A stretch of DNA of 64,000 nucleotides, from the NCBI GenBank assembly GCA_964016885.1, contig OZ024761.1, positions 22,382,001-22,446,000 of the forward strand. Direction: 5' to 3'. Below are positions 56,881-64,000 of the stretch, in pieces; positions within the stretch are counted from its first letter, which is position 1, and every line of letters begins with the position of its first letter. The translations under genes were made by a program, and so were the position numbers. Origin of the DNA: Eledone cirrhosa. Taxonomy: Eukaryota. The notes under the pieces were generated by a model. The model searched no databases, was not told where the DNA came from, and was given only the letters and a program-made list of their open reading frames with translations.

Positions 56881-57222
56881 TCATCATCATCATCATTTCA
56901 TTTTACGTCCGCTTTTCCCTGCTTGCAAGGGTGGGACGGGAACTGATTCTGGCTTGATTTCTACAGCTGGATGCCCTTCCTAACACCAACCTCATTTTCA
57001 GTGAGTGCTGGGTGCTTTTTTGCCGTGGCACCTCCACGACCACTTTGCAGTGGAATGATAGGGACCCCAGTCCCTATCATCTCATTTCTACAGCTGAGTA
57101 AACTGGAGCAATGTGAAATAAAGTGTCTTGCTCAAGGAAACAACACATCACCCGGTCTGAGAATTGAACTCACAACCTTTCGATTGCAAGGCCAATGCTC
57201 TAACCACTAAGCCATATGACTC
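56881..57222 (-). mobile_element. tRNA-derived composite SINE (family 1), full length
   Basis: Reverse complement of 53493-53822. Truncated copies lie at 59231-59496 (+) and 7241-7424 (-). Confidence 0.87.
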
Positions 57223-57236
57223 ATTCTCTATATATA

Positions 57237-57292
57237 TAGTACCAGTCAAGTACTGGGGTTGATTCTTCTATCTCTCTCGCTCTCTCTCTCTA

Positions 57293-57338
<46 letters not shown>

Positions 57339-57366
57339 GTACCAGTCAAGTACTAGGGTTGATTCT

Positions 57367-57409
<43 letters not shown>

Positions 57410-57885
57410 GTAGTACCAGTCAAGTACTGGGGGTCAATTCTTCTCTCTCTCTCTGTCTCTCTATCTATATATATATAAAGAATGAATAATAACAGGTAGA
57501 CATCATAAAAAGGTAATTTATTCCGAGTGCTTACAAATGTTTCAACAGTATTTATACAGCCTAGTCATGCTATGTGCAGATTGGTAATTATTTGTTTGCA
57601 GAAACTCAATTTTCAAATGCTGCTTCAACCTTTTTATGATGTCTACCTGTTATGATGTCTACCTGTTATTATTCATTCTTTATCTACACTCCGGAATGCA
57701 GAAGGACCAGAAACTGAGTTTCTTCAACTATTCTCCCATAACTCGTTGAGTAACCCCTCACAGTACGTCGACTCTATCTAGTGTAGTAATTAAACATTAC
57801 TGCATTCAGGATAATCCTAAGCATTTCTTGCATAACCTAATATATATATATATATATAAAGTAGCAGCCAAGTACTGGGATTGAT

Positions 57886-57938
<53 letters not shown>

Positions 57939-57961
57939 AGCAGCCAAGTACTGGGATTGAT

Positions 57962-57998
<37 letters not shown>

Positions 57999-58025
57999 AG
58001 CAGTCAAGTACTGGGATTGATTCGT
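57237..58025. repeat. Six copies of a tagtaccagtcaagtactgggg-ttgattc-like block plus (TC)n/(TA)n, interrupted by a fold-back element at 57475-57840
   Basis: Three units lie at 57237-57470 and three at 57858-58025. Confidence 0.8.
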
Positions 58026-59205
58026 CCTCTACATCTCATTTCCTCTCTCACTTTCTATCTTTGTCTGTAAGAAATCTGCTGTACTTAGACCTGGAGAGGA
58101 GATGTGGGCTCTGCCTGGCTTTGAAAAGCCCCCAAAACACTGTATGTCGATACAGTGCCCTCACAGCTCTATCAGGAGTTACAGCACCATCCGTACATAC
58201 TTACATATCTTCTATATCTTTCAATAACAATATAGTCTAGAGCCTGTTATGTATGCTGAATATATTGTATTTATAGTTCTGACTAAAATGTCTGACCTCT
58301 GACCCTATTGTCAAGCCTCTCTCTACATCATATACACGCATACATGTGTACAGATAAAGATATAGGCGCACACACACACACACCCATACACACATACATA
58401 CACACACACATACACACACATACATACACACACACGCACACATACATATATACACACACGCATACATACACCCCCCCACACACACACATACACACACACA
58501 CACACCCATACACACACACACACACACCCATACACACACACATACACACACACATACACACACATACATACACACACACGCACACATACATATACACACA
58601 CACATACATACACCCCCACACACACACACACATACACACACAGAGACAGGCATGCTTGCCATGTATTCTTACCAAATCACATTCATAATAGATTCCTAGT
58701 CTACCTTTTAGCTGACACCCTCCATCCATCGTCTTGACCTAAGGTGACCTATTTACCTGTTTGACCTCAGGTGACCTCTGTTGACCTCATTACCTGTACT
58801 TACAAACTTAAATGTGACTTTTATATAATTACAACAATTAGTATATTTAGAACTTACACACATACAGACACACACACAGACACGCATACACACACACACA
58901 CACACACATACATACAGACACACACACAGACACGCATACACACACACATACATAGACACACACACATACACGCATACACACACACACACATACATACAGA
59001 CACACACACAGACACTCACACAGACAAACGCACAAACATATAAGCACATATAAATATACAGGTATGTGCGCACACACACACACACAGATACACACACACA
59101 TACAGAAACATACAGAAATACACAGACATATATGTACACACATACACATACAGGTCCACGTATATACACAAACGCATACAAGCAGTAAATTCTACCTGTG
59201 TATAC

Positions 59206-59237
<32 letters not shown>

Positions 59238-59884
59238 TCCTTGAGCAAGACACTTTATTTCACATTGCTCCAGTTTACTCAGCTGTAGAAATGAGATGAT
59301 AGGGACTGGGGTCCCTATCATTCCACTGCAAAGTGGTCGTGGAGGCGCCACAGCAAAAAAGCACCCAGCACTCACTGTAAATGAGGTTGGTGTTAGGAAG
59401 GGCATCCAGCTGTAGAGATCAAGCCAGAATCAGTTCCCGTCCCACCGTTGTAAGCAGGGAAAAGCGGACGTAAAATGAAATGATGATGATGATGATAATA
59501 TATATATATATATATATATATGCAGAGGTTATATTTAATGTGTTGGGATACAACAAGCTTAAAAATATTTTTATAACTGATATAAAGCACTCAACAGATT
59601 TTGGAGTAAATATACAATATATTAACATGCACACCCATGCAAGCGTGGAAGATGGACGTTAAACGATGATGATGATGATGATGATTAACAAATTGAAACT
59701 ATATCTATAAAACCATATTTATTTTATTATATATATTTCAAGGGCCACCAAGGCAAATTATGGTGCGCTTTCATCACATAAAATACAATACAGATTAGTT
59801 TTATAAATAAATATTGACATACCCTGAAAAAAATATAATTTGTATATGTATAATAAAATAAATATAGTTTCCATTTGTTAATAT

Positions 59885-59942
<58 letters not shown>

Positions 59943-60117
59943 TGTTCACTTTCTAACTAAATATATAAATATATATATATATATAATCCCTAAACATATT
60001 TTTGCTAAAGTTGGTGATGAAGCCAAGTATTAGTCTGTCTGTAGATATAGAAATCTAGAAAAAAAAGAAAATATACATTTATGGTGATAATTGTGATGGT
60101 GATGATGGTGGTGGTGG

Positions 60118-60163
<46 letters not shown>

Positions 60164-60395
60164 GGTGGTGGTGGTGGGGATGATGGTGATGATGATGGTG
60201 ATGATGATGATGATGTAGGCAGATGACCTGATATCTGAGAGAAAGGCGAAGTCGGTTACATTGACCCAGTATATCACTGGTACTTCATGTCATTGACCTC
60301 AAAAAGATGAAAGACAGAGTTGACGACCTCAGTGAGATTTGATCTCAGGATGTGTAAAGAGCAGGAACAAATACTGTGATGACATTTTACCAAAA

Positions 60396-60436
<41 letters not shown>

Positions 60437-61682
60437 ATAATAATAATAATAATAATAATAATTGTTTCTACTTTTGGCACAAGGCCAGCGATTACCCCAG
60501 TGTATTACTGGTACTTAATTTTATCGACCCCGTAAGGATGAAAGGCAAAGTTAACCTCGGCAGGATTTGAACTTAGACAGTAAAGGGCCTTAACTCTATG
60601 TTGCAAAGCATGGCGTCTGGCTGACCCTCTACCAATACTGCCAATGCAATGATAATATATTTTTTTCAAGTAGCTAGCTATAATCAGCCCTCAGATAACC
60701 CTCGTTGACTTTTGTTGTTACCACCCCGCATGGTCTTTCATCAAGGCATGTTTAGTCTTATCTGCCTTTCCAACAGCTAAAATGGTAGCTAAATTATACC
60801 AATTGTATAAGTTGGAAGAAATGCCATTTGTTGAAAAAATAAAAAAAAAAACATCTTAGAATTCACAGAAAATGTCATGAGTTTGCTTGCAGCTATTTTT
60901 ACTTTTGGTATTTCCAAACATTTGGTATTTCCAAACATCAGGAAACCATTTGTAGCGACTCACTGTTTTTTAACTCCTTTCATACGACTTACATCTGAGA
61001 CCATCGCAGTTCTGTGATAGAAAACTTGGTTTTAAAATGTTTATATTTACCTCATTCTCTCTAAATACTTAATTATTTTCAAATATTAATTGAAAATTAT
61101 GTTGAAAATTGCAGGTAATGTTATTTATTAGAAATATAGTGACAAAAGCACTTGAGTGTTTATATTTATCTAAAAATCTTTAAATTCATAATTATTTTCT
61201 AAATAAATTGAAAATTATAGACATTGTCTTTCACTAGAAATATGGTAATGAAAGGGATAATGACATAGACAGTGTCTTTCATTATAAATATGGTAATGAA
61301 AGGGTTAATAACATAGACAGTGTCTTTCATTAGAAATATGGTAATGAAAAGGTTCAAGCGTTTATCTAAAAACTTTCCCTTATAACTTTATGTAAAAGCC
61401 TTTGTTATGTTCCAAACATCAATTTAATAATGAAAAAGTTATTACTAAATCGCTCCAAACTGTTGATTATTTTCAAAATTAATTAAAACGCACAGAAATA
61501 TAGTAATGAAAGAGTTAAATCTGTGAGGTCCCACATGGTTAGTTTGAACAGAACTAGAGTAGAGCAACTACTTAACTGTTGTCTGAAGTCAACCCTAGGG
61601 ATAATTACAAACATATTAGCAAAATCTCTGCTGCCTACTTCCATTCTATGGCTAGTTAGTTACAAATATATACATATATATA

Positions 61683-61724
<42 letters not shown>

Positions 61725-62207
61725 TTGATATATACTGTATATACTTGAATATAAGCTGTGGAATATGACTAGATAGTTGATGATAAAATGGTGGTGGTGG
61801 TGGTGGGGCGGGGTGGGGTGGGGGGCTCGACTTATATTCAGATTGGCTTATATTCCAGTATATACACTATACCTATCGACAGTCACCCCTGGCGTCACGC
61901 AGTAATACAGAAGACCCGACTTCACATGGGTACAAGCTGCTGCTGAAGCATATAGACAATATACCCCCACCCCGTCCCACTGCTAAGGGGTCGTGGAGGT
62001 GCCACGGCAAAAAGGCACCCGGCCCACACTGTAAAGTGGACGTGTAGGTGCCAGAATCAGTTTCTGTATGAGCAAGACAAGGTCAGCCGACCGGACACTA
62101 CCCACAACAGGACAACCCGTCTAACCCATGCTAGCGTGGAAGAACGGACGTAAAACAGTGATGATGATGATGATCAGGACAAAATTCCTCTCATACATAC
62201 ACACAAG

Positions 62208-62238
<31 letters not shown>

Positions 62239-62334
62239 GTACACACTAACACAAGCACACACACACACACATATATATATATGCCCACACTAACATACAT
62301 ATATGCATACACAAACACACACAGACAGGCACAT

Positions 62335-62383
<49 letters not shown>

Positions 62384-62880
62384 TACTTACACATGCACAC
62401 GTATGTACAGTTGTTTATATGGGTAATATTTACTACACACACACATACGTGTGTATACAGTTGTGTATATATATGTAGTATTTACTACACACATATATAT
62501 ATATATATATATATGTATTATATATTCAAAATATATTTTAATTTGTTTATCATATTTCTCTTCTTTAATTGCAGGTAAGTCATTATTTCCTGTGAGGTAT
62601 TTACAGAAAAAGACATCAATTTTGAGGCCAAACTTACGGAAAGTTTCTTCATAATGGAAATACCCAACACTGTAAGGTTTGAATAATAATATTTGAAGCT
62701 GTTTATATATATTATAAGGATGGTTGGTTATTATTTCTATATATGGAGGTCTACCTTGTAAGGTGTTTGTGTTGGTGACATGAAAGACAAAGCATCCAGT
62801 CCATCCTGTAACATAGCGTGGAAAATGGACGTAAGACGGAGGTGATGATGATATATGGATATATACACACAAATGTGTAT

Positions 62881-63268
62881 CATCATCATCATCATCATCA
62901 TCATTTTACGTCCGCTTTTCCCTGCTTGCAAGAGTGGGACGGGTCCTATTCAGCACAGCATCTCTCCACTTGTCACGGTCCTTCATCATCTCCACCGTGA
63001 GCTTCAGCGATCAGAGGTCTGTTCTCACCACCTCCGCCCATGGTTTTCGTGGTCTACCCCTACCACGTCTTCCTTCAATTGGCATTTCCTGGCACTTCTT
63101 CACCCATCGGTCATCCTCCATGCGGATCACGTGTCCATACCATCTCACTCTCCTTTCTCACACACACTACATTATATCTCTCGCAACACATCCATGCTCG
63201 GTCGTTCACATACATTGACACTGCACATCCAATGGAGCATGCTTGCCTCATTTCTCTCCAGCCGTTGT
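62881..63268 (-). mobile_element. RTE LINE 3' fragment (third subfamily)
   Basis: Homologous to 37952-38258 and has a (CAT)n tail on +. Confidence 0.85.
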
Positions 63269-63331
63269 ATATCTGTGTATATATATGTATATCATTATCA
63301 TGATATCTGTGTGTATGTATATATATATGTG

Positions 63332-63370
<39 letters not shown>

Positions 63371-64000
63371 GTTATGTTGGTGCCACAAAACATCCAGCCC
63401 ACTCTTTAAGTGGTTGTGTAGGTGTCACGGTAGAAGGCACCCGGCACACACTGTATGTAAATGTGGTTGGCGCTAGGAAGGGCATCCAGCTGTAGAAAAA
63501 CCAGCCAGAAACTGTCCTATATGACCGAGACACGGTCACCCGACCCAACTTGCCTCTAAATAGGACAAACCCGTCTACGGTCACCCAACCCAACTTGCCT
63601 CTAAATAGGACAAACCCGTCTAACCCATGCTGGCATGGAAGATAGACGTTAAACGATGACGATGATGATATACAAGCCCAAACGTGTGGGAAAAGCTCCT
63701 TGTCCAAGCTTGTGCCTTGGAAACTTCTCATGTCCAAACCCTTGAGCAGTCAAAATTGAAGAAATGTTTCTTTCTTTTTTTTTTTTACGATGAATTAGTT
63801 GCTATTTTTAGGTGTTGCAAACCCTGCTGGAGGCTCCTGTTGAGGCTCATTACTTTAATTTGCTGCAGTTGATGTGACAAATTGTTGCTGGTGGTTGACA
63901 TTTGCAGTTGTGTTGAAATATCAGTGAGAAGGGAGAGAGAATCTCTTGATTAATGAATGTCTCACTGTTCACCTTATTAACGAATTAGGCAAGCTGACAC

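Overview
This is repeat-saturated, AT-rich animal DNA, probably intronic or intergenic. The repeat landscape resembles an octopod cephalopod, which is an inference only. No host protein-coding exon can be supported, and almost all long ORFs in the track are microsatellite or minisatellite artefacts. Real coding remnants come from retrotransposons: two nested RTE-clade LINE copies (RT plus a PHD-like finger) at 48403-52287, and RTE, R4-like and Tx1-like 3' fragments. Also present are two tRNA-derived SINE families, TTAA-flanked piggyBac-like MITEs, TA-flanked Tc1/pogo-like MITEs and many tandem arrays. The main hidden signal is more than 20 type I hammerhead-ribozyme-like motifs from about 8 sequence-unrelated short element families. 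They sit mostly in (TA)n tracts and often form fold-back inverted repeats, as Penelope-like element remnants do. One family shows compensatory stem II changes, and one has a non-canonical core. Seven unrelated sequences share a bulged tail hairpin, RCTC-stem-loop-stem-TN-GAGY, which is a candidate conserved cis-signal. All structures were read by eye; no folding or database search was run.
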